Assembly (NCBI GenBank): GCA_963711155.1
Contig: CAVQDB010000004.1
Coordinates: 261,262-325,261 of the forward strand
Length of the DNA stretch: 64,000 nucleotides
DNA from: an uncultured Armatimonadetes bacterium
GTDB taxonomy: Bacteria; Armatimonadota; UBA5829
Reading direction: 5' to 3'
In this document: positions 36,441 to 46,538 of the stretch, one piece after another
Numbering within the stretch: the first letter of the stretch is position 1
Layout of the letters: each line of letters opens with the position of its first letter
The notes under the pieces: model-generated
What the model was told of the DNA's origin: nothing
Database searches by the model: none
What the model saw: the letters and a program-made list of their open reading frames with translations, nothing else
Program-made: the position numbers and the translations under genes

Positions 36441-36457
36441 GGCTGTTCCTTGACAAC
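36441..36457 (+). promoter_or_regulatory. boxA-like motif, type B copy 1
   Basis: GGCTGTTCCTTGACAAC upstream of cassette 2. Confidence 0.45.
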
Positions 36458-36545
36458 ATAAGAGCGCAAGACCCCAAGGCGGAGTCGAAGCGCTGGCGAT
36501 CTCGCGCCGGTATCGCGACCTGCGGTGTGTCTGTTCCACAGCTTG

Positions 36546-38791
36546 TCTGCGGTCTGCTCGATTCTGTTCGCAACGAGAACGGCGACCGGCTGTACTTCGA
36601 CTACGACCTTATGAAGCGACCGAACCGCGTGTGGACGGACATCCAGGCCCGCGAGTGGGGCGGGGTGTCGATAGACGGCAACGATGAGGTCACAAACGGC
36701 CTGAGCTACACCGGAACCCCGGCGGTGACCTGCCAGTACGACAAGCTCGGACGCATCTACTCGGCGACGTTCTATCAGGATGCCACGCATTCCTTAGACT
36801 ATGCCTGCACTTACGATGCCAACAGCCGGGTGACGGCAATCGACTACCCTGGCGACATGGCGGACACGGAGTATGGCTACGACGAGGAGAACGGGTAACC
36901 TGACCTACATCAAGGGCGGTCCGGAGAACACCTACTTCACGGCCAAGTACGACCTCCTCGACCGCGTCACCGATGCTGTACCTCACCGGCTTGGGCACTC
37001 TTCCCAATCCCCTGCCGTCGGGGACGGGCGACATCCACATCGCGTACGACGGCAACAGCTATCTCGTCACCGACGTGTATCGCCACAGCAAACACGTCAC
37101 TTACTCCTACGACACGTTTGGGCGGCTCAAGACCTACAAGCCGACGACCGGCCCGATCTCCGGGGTGAGCCTGCGGTACGACTACGACTCGCTGGGGCAG
37201 AAGAAAGAGGTCACGATCAAGGACGGCGTCGGCGCGACCGTGCACTCCACGACCTACGACTACTACCGCAACGGCTGGCTGAAGTCGATCAACTACGACG
37301 GCAGCAAGGTCGCGCAGTATTCGCACAAGGCAGTCGGGCTTCTCTCGCAGATAGACTTCTACAACGGCGCGACTGCCACCGGCGCGTATGACGTGTATTC
37401 CTACGACACAACCGACCCGCGCGACTTCCTCAAGACCATCACGATGCACTACAAGGACGCCGCTGGGCAATCCGACGTCCTCGGTCATCGACTACACGGA
37501 CGGCGCGGGCAACCCTAACGTGGACAAGGCCGGCAACCAGCTATCGATGGGCAACCTGGCCGGCCAATGGACCTACACCTACGACCACGCCGGCAGGGTC
37601 GCCTCGATCGTCCCCCCCAACCCCGTCCCCGAGCAGGGCCTTGGCGGCGACTACGGTTACGATTGGCTCGGCCAACTCACCAACCCCCCCGCCGACCCCA
37701 ACCACCTCACCTACAACTCCGCCGGGCAGCTCTCGGCGTGGCCGGGGATGTACAGCTACACATACAAATCGAACGGTATGCCCTATCAGGTGAAAAACCC
37801 TTCCGGCACGATGGTCATCGCGTCGTGCGCCTACAGTGCAGCCGGCTTCCCACGCGAGTTCACTACCGGCGACATAACCACGCAATGTGAATGGGATGCC
37901 GAGGGAACCCTGCTTGGATACGCCCAGACAGCCGGTGGAACGGAGAGCCAGTCCGAGCTGATCGATCCGACCATGCCCAACGGACCGGTCCTAATGGACG
38001 ATGTGTCGGGCAGTACGGTATCCTATGTGTGCGACCCTCAGGGGTACGTGGTTGCCAGTGCATCGGATAACGAACGGGTGGACTATCACCGTGACGCTTC
38101 TGGGGAATTCGGAGTGTCTACTGCAAGTAGCGGTGCAATCGTTCCCACATATGCGTATGGGCCCGACGGTGAAGTAGTCTCCACTTCCGATCCGTTGGGA
38201 GACAGGATCGCCGGCTGCAACGAGGGTTTGTTGTTCAGTAGTCTCGCGCGAACCAGTCCGTGGTCCATTGGGGATGTCTGGGACGGTATCGTACGTGTCA
38301 TCGGGGGAAGGCGTGGTGACTTCGTCGACACCTACCTGAACGTAGGTTCCGACTTCTGGGCCGGGATGGGCGACACCATCTCTGGAGGATTGACAAACGA
38401 TTTCCGCCGATTGATCGGGGTGGACGACGCTGTGCACTACGGTTCGACGGCGCACACGGTAGGCAGAGTTGGAGGCTACGCTTGGCATGCGGCTTCGCTG
38501 TTCGATGCTGGCGCAATACTGCTGGGGCGAGCAAGAATCCCCGTCACGACGTGGGCGCCACGTGGAGTGCAATCCACGCTGGTCTCAGGACGCTGGGTGA
38601 CGCTAGGCACAAAGAACCCGGTCTCGTATTTCTCGACGCTTACCTGGCTGCGGGGGTATCCTTACGCAAACGCAATCACGGAGTATGTGCTGATCAGGGA
38701 ACTGGGGCTCGTCCCAGGATGGTCGGGGATTGTCCACGCCCTGCCTCCGTTCATGCACTTCATCTATCGTGGGCCATGCCCGTGCCCGTAG
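36546..38791 (+). CDS. Orphan RHS cassette 2 with an unknown C-terminal toxin (frameshifted)
   Basis: Homology to the main RHS starts at CGLLDSVRNENGDRL; ORFs 36527, 36973 and 37388 join; ends GPCPCP. Confidence 0.8.
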
Positions 38792-38800
38792 GAGGATCCT

Positions 38801-39644
38801 GTGTGGCTAATCATCGTTGGTTTCGTATGTAGCGCGGTTCTCACAGTCCTGAACGCGCTATCTGTGAGGCGGGTCGCAGCCAGAAGTGATGTTTCATTTC
38901 CGCTCGCGCTACCGATTGTGCCCTGGGTCATTAACGTGTACTGCGTATTCCACATTCCAGTATCCTGGACGCTCAAGGTTGCCGCAATCTGCCTTGCCAC
39001 GCTCATTGAGGTTGGGGTGGACGTGGTCTATCCCCGCGTGCTCGTTCAACGCGGCAGCGGGGCGTTACACCGTGGGGCACGCAGAGGTGACCTAGAAACC
39101 TGCAACGCACTGTTGGGCGCGGGAGCGGATGTGAACTCCCGCGACAGTCAGGGGTGGTCGCCCGTGGAGTTGGCTGCCATCGAGGGACACAAGGATGTGG
39201 TTGCCGCTCTGGCTCGCGCTGGTGCCGATCTAGGGCCCTATCACACCGCGCCGTGGGGAAGGAGCCGAAACGACGCGCTTGGAATGGCTGCCAGCGAGGG
39301 AAGATACGGTGTCGTGAAGATGCTTGTGGAAGAGGGATGGTCTATCAACGACGCGGACGAGTATGGATACTTCGCTCTCCGCGCGGCGATTCGCGAAAGA
39401 CGGCCTGAAATGGTTGATTATCTTCTCAGGGCATGGAGCTTCTCCGCGTGGCCGCGGGCATTGCGAGGATACCCCTCTGCACTACGCAATCGCGAACGGT
39501 GACCTGTCGCTGGTCAGGAGATTGGTCGAGCAAGGTGCGGACGTAAACCAGAAGAACGGGCGGGGGCAAACGCCTCTCGCGCTGGCCTTGGAAACACGCA
39601 TTGAGAGCGTCGCTAGTGAACTACGTTCACTGGGTGCCAGCTAG
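38801..39644 (+). CDS. TM plus ankyrin-repeat protein, putative immunity protein (frameshift near 39430)
   Basis: ALHRGARRGD..., GADVNSRDSQGWSP, TPLHYAIANGD...GADVNQKNGRGQTPL. Confidence 0.85.
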
Positions 39645-39674
39645 CAGGCTGGGTTGAGAGACACAGCAGGCGCC

Positions 39675-39773
39675 ATTGTCCGGCACATCCGTGTGCTGAA
39701 CGATCGCATTGCTATGCCCATCGGACATTGACAACACGAGACAAGCACGTGGTCTACTCCTACGACACGTTCG
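39675..39773 (+). promoter_or_regulatory. Hairpin plus boxA-like motif (type A copy 2) followed by a ~30-bp RHS stub
   Basis: CGGCAC-ATCCGT-GTGCTG, GGACATTGACAAC, then caagcacgtggtctactcctacgacacgttcg. Confidence 0.5.
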
Positions 39774-40090
39774 ATGCTTCGGGAGGTCTTTTTCACCGAA
39801 GCAGGAGCGGCGGACTCACGCGGGCGCGGCTGCACAGTCGCGCCCGCATCCCGACCAACGGCAACGGCACTGCCCGTCCGCCCAGCAGTTCCGCCGCCGG
39901 CCGTATCTATCCGCCAACTCCACTGCCCCTCCGGCCCGACAATCCGCCGCGCGCCTCCCTTTCCTCAGCTCTCAACCCCCAAAACCCCAACCGCACAGCC
40001 CGTGAACAACAATTAACCGAAATACCACAGCCCGTTCCTTGATATTCCTGCGCATGTGTCGTCTAATAGTAGTGGACACACACAATAGGA

Positions 40091-40164
40091 GCAATCATGC
40101 GCCACCAACCCTCGAACCCTGGACTCTGGACTTTCGACTTCGGACTGCGGGCTCTCGACTCGCT
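40091..40164 (+). repeat. Degenerate heptamer tandem repeat
   Basis: ctggact-ctggact-ttcgact-tcggact...ctcgact units. Confidence 0.55.
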
Positions 40165-40266
40165 CTATAATCAAAACCCGCAAAACAGTTTCCCGCCACG
40201 CTCGAATTGAGCACGAGACTGTTTTGCACAAAAACGTTTTGCTGAGCGTGCAATTCCGTGCACGGC

Positions 40267-40283
40267 GGCTGTTCTTTGACAAG
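40267..40283 (+). promoter_or_regulatory. boxA-like motif, type B copy 2
   Basis: GGCTGTTCTTTGACAAG about 25 bp before the cassette 3 homology starts. Confidence 0.5.
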
Positions 40284-40306
40284 TAAAGACAGGCGTTACC
40301 CGACCC

Positions 40307-42180
40307 CGACACGTTCGGCCGCCTCAAGACCTACAAGCCGACCACCGGCCCGATCTCCGGGGTCAGTCTGCGGTACGACTACAACTCGCTGGGCCGGAAG
40401 AAGGAGGTCAGGATCAAGGACGGCGTCGGCGCGACCGTGCACTCCACGACCTACGACTACTACCGCAACGGCTGGCTGAAGGACATCAACTACGACGGGA
40501 GCAGGGTCGCCGAGTATACTCACGACGCAGTCGGGCTTCTTGCGCAGATCGACTTCTACCACGACGACCCCGTGTTAGGCAACATCGCTACCGGCGCGTA
40601 TGATGTCTACTCCTACGACACCAGCGACCCGCGCGACTTCCTCAAGACGATCACGATGCACTACAAGGACGCCGTCGGGAATCCCGCGTCGTCGGTCGTC
40701 GACTACACCGACGGTGAGGGCCACCCCAACGTGGACAAGGCCGGGAACCAGTTGTCGATGGGCAATCTCGCCGGTCAATGGACCTACACCTACGACCACG
40801 CCGGCAGGATCGCCTCAATCGTTCCCCCCAACCCCGTCCCCGAGCAGGGCCTGGGCGGCGACTACCGCTACAACTGGCTCGGCCAACTGACCAACCCTCC
40901 CGCCGACCCCAACCACCTCACCTACAACTCCGCCGGCCTCCTCTCCACCTGGCCAGGGATGTACAGCTACACGCGTAAGCCTAACGGCGCACTTGACCAG
41001 GTGAAGGACACTTCTGGACTGCAGACCATTGCTTCACTTAGCTATGACTCAGCTGGCTTTCTCGACCAGGTTGTGTGCGGCTGCTGCGCTACCACGCGAT
41101 GCAGCTGGGATGCCGATGGAGGGTTCCTCGGATACGCCGAGACTGGTGGCGGGTCGGATACTCAGTCAGTGCTTGCCGATCCTACCACTGGATCGGCAGA
41201 GATGGACGACGTATCAGGCAGCGCGGTTCCCTATGTTTGCGATCCACAAGGGGACGTGATTGCCAGTGCCGCATCGGCTGGCGGCGCAGCGCATTACCAC
41301 TCCGACGCAGACGGACGGATTCAGCTGTCGACCGGGGCCGACGGGCGCATGGTTTCGACTTACGAACGCGGGCCGAACGGCGGCGCGATCTTCACGTCAG
41401 ACCCGCTAGGTTCGAGGATTGCGAGCAAGGACGGCACGAGCACATGGCCGCCGCGGTGGATGGATCCAACCGGTAGCTTGAGCGGTCTCTGGGACGGCTA
41501 CTGGGGTGACGTTGGTGCGGTGTTCGCCGGCGAAGCCAGCGTGCTGAACCCCGTCAACTGGTACAACTCCGGCAAGAGCCTCTTTGAAGGCTATATCACC
41601 GCGCAAGTAGAAGGTTACCGGTACAAGGGTCAGGTACTACTCGGGGAATTTCGCGGTCACTGCCTGGGAATTGGACAGGGTGTTTCCTGCTCTGGCTCGG
41701 TCGTATACGGACCTATTCCAGCTCGACGACCCGTACCGGTTCGGCTCGTCAGTGATGACTTGGGAGCTAACCCTCGCTCCTTTGGCAGACAGACTGCCGA
41801 GCTCAGGATCAGCTCTCTGCCCCTGCGCCACAGGCATTGCTGAGGTCCCAGCCCTCGAGGAGATTGTCGGGGTTCGCAAGGTGCCGAATCCCCATGGTAG
41901 CCCGGGCGGCCCCTTGCATAGTGGAACGATCACTGAGCTCAGCGATCTGCTGGAGGGGCTGGGACGTGACGTTACTAGAGAGAAGAAATTCGACACTCCA
42001 GGTGGGCTCAAGCCCTACCGCAGACCGGATCTCCTTTGGGAAGAACCGGGCCTGGGCCAGGTCGCGATACAGGTGTACAAACCGACCAAGGGTGGGAGGA
42101 TACCCCTCCGCGAACTCAAAGCCATGCAGGATCTGAAGCTTGGCGGGTGTAGTCGCGTCATATTCGTGCCGTACGAGTAG
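40307..42180 (+). CDS. Orphan RHS cassette 3 with a restriction-endonuclease-fold (PD-(D/E)xK-like) toxin (frameshifted)
   Basis: RHS core copy; tip in ORF 41671..42180: GGPLH...REKKFDTPGG.KPYRRPDL...AIQV.K...PLRE..A..D. Confidence 0.75.
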
Positions 42181-42186
42181 GGGGAG

Positions 42187-42681
42187 ATGAGAGTGATGGG
42201 AAAACAGACGGGGTTCTTCATGTCTGAATCTGACGAGGCGGAGTTCCTGGGATTGGTCGGGGATCACGGCGACGTGATCCTGGGTCTTGACGCGCGCGAG
42301 TTGACGGTCGAGGAAGCCCTGCACTACGCACGGAGGAAGGTCTTCATTGCGTTGCCCCAGTCGGAGCCGACTCTGTCTGCGTTCGGCCTCATCTCGTCGG
42401 CTGCGGAGGTAGTCGAGTTCTGGCGGTGCCTGAGGCGAGGTGATGGGCACATAGAGGATGGAAGGATCTGGGCTGAGTTCCGGGACTACGACAGCAGTGG
42501 CAGACTGGTGCCTCGGGCCAAGCAGTTCCAGGACATGTACAGCTTCTACGCCAAGTGGATCAAGAAGCACTACCGAATCAGCAGTAATAAGCGCTACTAC
42601 ATCGGCCCGGAGGCCTACCGGAAGTACAAGGAAGACGGATGGACTATGCGGAGCGGCGTTGTCACGGTTGAGTTTGAGTGA
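42187..42681 (+). CDS. Putative immunity protein
   Basis: 164-aa ORF 6 bp after the toxin stop; GKQTGFFM.ESDE.EF, GRIW, WIKKHY, YYIGPEAY. Confidence 0.7.
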   Translation: MRVMGKQTGFFMSESDEAEFLGLVGDHGDVILGLDARELTVEEALHYARRKVFIALPQSEPTLSAFGLISSAAEVVEFWRCLRRGDGHIEDGRIWAEFRDYDSSGRLVPRAKQFQDMYSFYAKWIKKHYRISSNKRYYIGPEAYRKYKEDGWTMRSGVVTVEFE

Positions 42682-42687
42682 GCTGTT

Positions 42688-42764
42688 CGGCTGTGGGAGT
42701 ATCGGTCCAGCACATCCGTGTGCTGGATCAGACCCGTAGCCGATGCCGACCGAACATTGACAAC
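42688..42764 (+). promoter_or_regulatory. Hairpin plus boxA-like motif, type A copy 3
   Basis: GGTCCAGCAC-ATCCGT-GTGCTGGATC stem-loop, then GAACATTGACAAC. Confidence 0.5.
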
Positions 42765-42771
42765 ATGGCGC

Positions 42772-44481
42772 GAGCTATCTCGTCACGGACGTGTATCGGG
42801 ACAGCAAGCACGTAACGTATTCCTACGACACGTTCGGGCGGCTCAAGACCTACAAGCCGACCACCGGCCCGATTGTCGGGGTCAGTCTGTGGTATGACTA
42901 CAACTTGCTGGGGCAGAAGAAAGAGGTCACGATCAAGGACGGCGTCGGCGCGACCGTTCACTCCACGACCTACGACTACTACCGCAACGGGTGGCTGAAG
43001 TCGATAAACTACGACGGCAGCAAGGTCGCCGAGTATTCGCACAACGCGCTCGGCCTTCTCTCGCAGATCGCCTTCTACAACGGCTCGACGGGCCACCGGC
43101 GCGTATGATGTCTATTCCTACGACTCAACCGACCCGCGCAACTTCCTCAAGACCATCACGATGCACTACAAGGACGCTGGCGGGAATCCCGCGTCGTCGG
43201 TCGTCGACTACACCGACGGTAACGGCAACCCGAACGTGGACAAGGCCGGCAACCAGCTATCGATGGGCAACCTCGCCGGCCAGTGGACCTACACCTACGA
43301 CCACGCCGGCAGGATCGCGTCGATCGTCCCCCCCAACCCCGTCCCCGAGCAGGGCCTGGGCGGCGACTACGGCTACAACTGGCTCGGCCAGCTAACCAAC
43401 CCTCCCGCCGACCCCAACCACCTCACCTACAACTCCGCCGGCCTCCTCGCCACCTGGCCGGGGATGTATAGCTACACCTACAAGGCGAACGGCGCGCCCC
43501 ATCAGATCAAGAATCCTTCCGGATCCCTGACGCTTGCGTCCTTCACCTATGATTCGGCCGAACTGCCAAGCGAACTGCAGGTGTCGGGCGTAAGCGCAGA
43601 ACTCCTGTGGGACGCAGACGACACACTTCTGGGGTACAGCGAGACTGCCGGAGGCTCGGAGAGCCAGTCCGTGCTCACAGACCCCACTGCTTCCGTATCG
43701 CCGGCTCTGATGGCGGACGTGTCGGGCACTGTGGTATACTACGTTTGCGATCCGGAAGGGTGCGCGGTTGCGAGCGTCTCGGGCGGCAGTAGGGCAGATT
43801 GCCATTCCGACGGCTATGGCCGCATCCAGCTAGCGACCGGAGACAGTGGCGCAGTCGAGCACACCTACGTCTACGGTCCCGACGATGAGCTGATCTCGAC
43901 GGATGATCCGCTGGGACAGAGTGTCGTTCCCGGCATCGCGCTTCTGTCCATCGGGAAGCCGCCGTGGTACGTTGAGTTCGTTCCGTTCGTTGGTCCAGCC
44001 TGGTCGGCGATTGATGACTTCCAGAACGGGAACTACCTGGGGGGCATAGTCAACACAGCCTTTGCTGTCAGCGACGTTGTGGGTCTCGGAGCCGCGGGCA
44101 AAGCGATCAAGATCGCGAAGAAGATCTCAGGTCCTGCTGTCACGAGCTGGGCGTGGAAGAATGCGAGTCGTCGGTTGCACAAGGCTGGCTTCGCCGGGCT
44201 CAGGGAACCAATCCATCACTACATCATACGGCAAGGCGGCGACACCGCCGAGCGACTGGCCGAGAAGTTCGGGAAGGAGAGAGTTGAGAGGTGGGCTCGG
44301 CCACCCACTGGGCCTGGTGAACGTGAATGATCAGTTTGTTCATAATGCAATAGAGGGCAAAGGTAGGGCCAGCTGGGGGCTTGCGAGGCGTCTCTGGAAA
44401 GGGACGCCGGCTTGGCCCAAGCTGCTGTTGCCCGGCAGGATGTCGCCACTTCTTAACTCGCTTCCCTGCGACTGCGAATGA
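42772..44481 (+). CDS. Orphan RHS cassette 4 with an HNH-like toxin (frameshifted)
   Basis: RHS core copy; tip REPIHHYII...LVNVNDQFVHNAI; ends LPCDCE. Confidence 0.75.
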
Positions 44482-44924
44482 TCACTACGAGAAATCTGTC
44501 ATACCCGGTCATTGTGGTTGATGAGGATGGCTATTGCATGGTTGCTGTAGACGAGGACACCCTCACTACGCTGAACAACGTTACTCTCAAGCGTGGTGGC
44601 TTTGATGATTGCACGTTCGTCGATAGCAACGGTCAGGCTGCGAAGGTGAAAGAGACAAGACGGGTAGCGCCAAAGGGGCGATTCCTCGGCTTCACAATAT
44701 GGTTGGAGCGCATGTTCCGGGTCGAGTACACGCTTAGTGAGCCGTTTGAGATGCCGCTGGAGAAGCTCCGGGCGATCGTCCTTCGCGACGTGAGAAGAGC
44801 CGGAGGATCCCTGCACCCGGACTACTATCGGGAGGAACTGAGTAGGTTCAAGAACGCCCAGACCATTCGGGAGATCATTGAGCTCAGATTGCCAAACGCC
44901 GACCTGAAGGAGTTCTGGAAGTGA
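44478..44924 (+). CDS. Putative immunity protein
   Basis: 148-aa ORF with an ATGA overlap on the toxin stop. Confidence 0.65.
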   Translation: MITTRNLSYPVIVVDEDGYCMVAVDEDTLTTLNNVTLKRGGFDDCTFVDSNGQAAKVKETRRVAPKGRFLGFTIWLERMFRVEYTLSEPFEMPLEKLRAIVLRDVRRAGGSLHPDYYREELSRFKNAQTIREIIELRLPNADLKEFWK

Positions 44925-45081
44925 GGGGAGACGCGGCTGCGCATCATGCTCGAGCGATCTCGTTGCAGCATCTGGCAGCGCGGACTGGAGGGAGGCCCGC
45001 TATGGCGTCTGTGACTGTCCATGAACTAGCTTTCCCAGTGATTGAGTTCTATGTCTCCCTATAGAAGTGGCGTCAATAGCC

Positions 45082-45262
45082 AACTGCGTTTTTTGTTAGT
45101 TGCAGTTTGAGCGATTTCCCTATTGGCGCTTTGTGTGCGCAGATTATCGTCGCGTATCAGGAGCCTCTCAATTCGGGGCTGGACCATCAAGTGGTCAGAC
45201 ACATAGTCGGAGAGTGCTCCATCATATCGTTGTTCTGCGCATTATCTGCAGTGTTACTGGTA
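45082..45262 (-). ncRNA. Predicted bridge RNA (target- and donor-binding loops), copy 1
   Basis: Two stem / internal-loop / hairpin modules whose loop strands match the flanks and the element ends. Confidence 0.75.
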
Positions 45263-46297
45263 TCATGCGGCGGCCTTCCTCGGGGCGGCCTTCGAATTAT
45301 CCCATGCTTTGCCGTGCGCGAGCATCTGATGAATCACCCTCACGGCTTTGCGCGCCACGGCCATCTTCGCCGCGTTGGTATGGTTCCTGAACTGCACCCG
45401 CCAGTAGGTTGTGCGCAGGGCGTTGTCCTTCCTGCTGTGACTGGTCCTCTGCGCCAGCAGCCCGATTGCGTAACGCAACCACCGGTTGCCCCAGTTGCCC
45501 AGGCTGCCGTAGTAGCAGCTCTGACCGCTCTGAAACACTCTGGGCGCAAGCCCGACGTAGGATATCAACTGACTCGAACGCTTGAAACGTGCAATGTCGC
45601 CAATCTCCGCCTTGACCAGCAGGGCCGTCAAAGGTCCCACGCCGGGGATGGTCTGCAGTAACGCGCATTCCTTGTCTTGTGCTGCTTCCTCCTCTATGGC
45701 GGCCTGAAGTTCGTTCTCTATCTCTTGCGCCTTCTGCAGCAGTTCACGCCAAAGCTGCATCACCCTGGCCGAACGCGCCGGGAGTTGCGCCTGATCCAAG
45801 TCTAACCCGCCGCCTTTTGTCATCAAGCGCCTATGGCCGACATACCCCCAGCACTTAAGAAGACTGCCCATCTCGTTAGTCAGCCGAGTCGCCCACCTGC
45901 TGATTCGGACTTTGCCGCGAACCAGCACTCGCAGATCCTGGGTCTTCTCATCAGGAATGTAGAGGCATTCTATCTCGCCTCGATACAGCATCTGCGCCAT
46001 CCGCAGCGCGTCGTTGCGGTCCGTCTTTGCCCGGCGATCTTTTCGTCGATCCCACAGTTTCGTTGGATCGGCCACAGTAAGCGTCTCGAACAACGGTCTC
46101 AAGTCACGGTAGATTGCCCATGAGTTGATGCCTGACTCCATAACCCCATGCAACGGGCCCTGCAGTCCTCCGAACAACTCCCTCAAGCTGTCCGGGTCAT
46201 TCGGAACCCGATCGCGTTCGACGATCTCACCTGTGAGCGGGTCGAATCCCACAATCGTGATCCACTTGCAATGTACGTCCAATGCGATGTATAACAT
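45263..46297 (-). CDS. IS110 family recombinase (DEDD RuvC-like plus Tnp domain)
   Basis: IALDVH, VMES, KTDRNDA (DEDD); LLQTIPGVG, EIGDIARF, FQSG (catalytic Ser), AVARK. Confidence 0.96.
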   Translation of the reverse strand: MLYIALDVHCKWITIVGFDPLTGEIVERDRVPNDPDSLRELFGGLQGPLHGVMESGINSWAIYRDLRPLFETLTVADPTKLWDRRKDRRAKTDRNDALRMAQMLYRGEIECLYIPDEKTQDLRVLVRGKVRISRWATRLTNEMGSLLKCWGYVGHRRLMTKGGGLDLDQAQLPARSARVMQLWRELLQKAQEIENELQAAIEEEAAQDKECALLQTIPGVGPLTALLVKAEIGDIARFKRSSQLISYVGLAPRVFQSGQSCYYGSLGNWGNRWLRYAIGLLAQRTSHSRKDNALRTTYWRVQFRNHTNAAKMAVARKAVRVIHQMLAHGKAWDNSKAAPRKAAA

Positions 46298-46430
46298 TGT
46301 TGGCTTGACCTCCTATCGCTGTGTTTGTCAAACTGCGACTATGATCGCCTACTAAACACAGCTGAGGCAAGCCACTTCTTCATGATAATTCGGGGCTGCA
46401 CCGAGTCGTGGCCTTGACGATCAAGCGTAA

Positions 46431-46476
46431 GGACAGATGCGTCGCGGGTTCGTCTTTAGCCGCGACGCAGCTGTCC
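46431..46476. repeat. REP-like palindrome upstream of the RAYT fragment (second copy at 48111..48156)
   Basis: ggacagatgcgtcgcgg-N12-ccgcgacgcagctgtcc. Confidence 0.55.
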
Positions 46477-46538
46477 GTCAGTGAGAACGAGGCTGGCTGC
46501 CAGAGGAGAAGCCGTTGCGGGGGGCGAATATAGCGGGC

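Larger units (their letters stand above)
45056..46391 (-). mobile_element. IS110-family insertion sequence, copy 1
   Basis: Bounded by TC core dinucleotides: ctatgtc|TC...gataat TC|ggggctg. Joining the ends creates a TTGACG-N17-TATCAT promoter. Confidence 0.85.

Noticed and set aside
33993-42764. Inter-cassette hairpins as integron attC sites or CRISPR repeats
   Set aside because: No RYYYAAC/GTTRRRY ends, no IntI-type integrase evident, kb-scale spacing and no cas genes.
30900-43500. RHS repeats as diversity-generating-retroelement TR/VR pairs
   Set aside because: No reverse transcriptase in the window; the differences look mostly synonymous and not adenine-specific.
45049-46393. Alternative IS110 boundaries with a TAT, AT or CT core
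   Set aside because: Only the TC/GA core fits both guide loops in the recombinase orientation and also gives a 17-bp-spaced junction promoter.
46405-46422. GGCCTTGACGAT as a sixth boxA-like motif
   Set aside because: Weaker match, and not directly followed by an RHS cassette.
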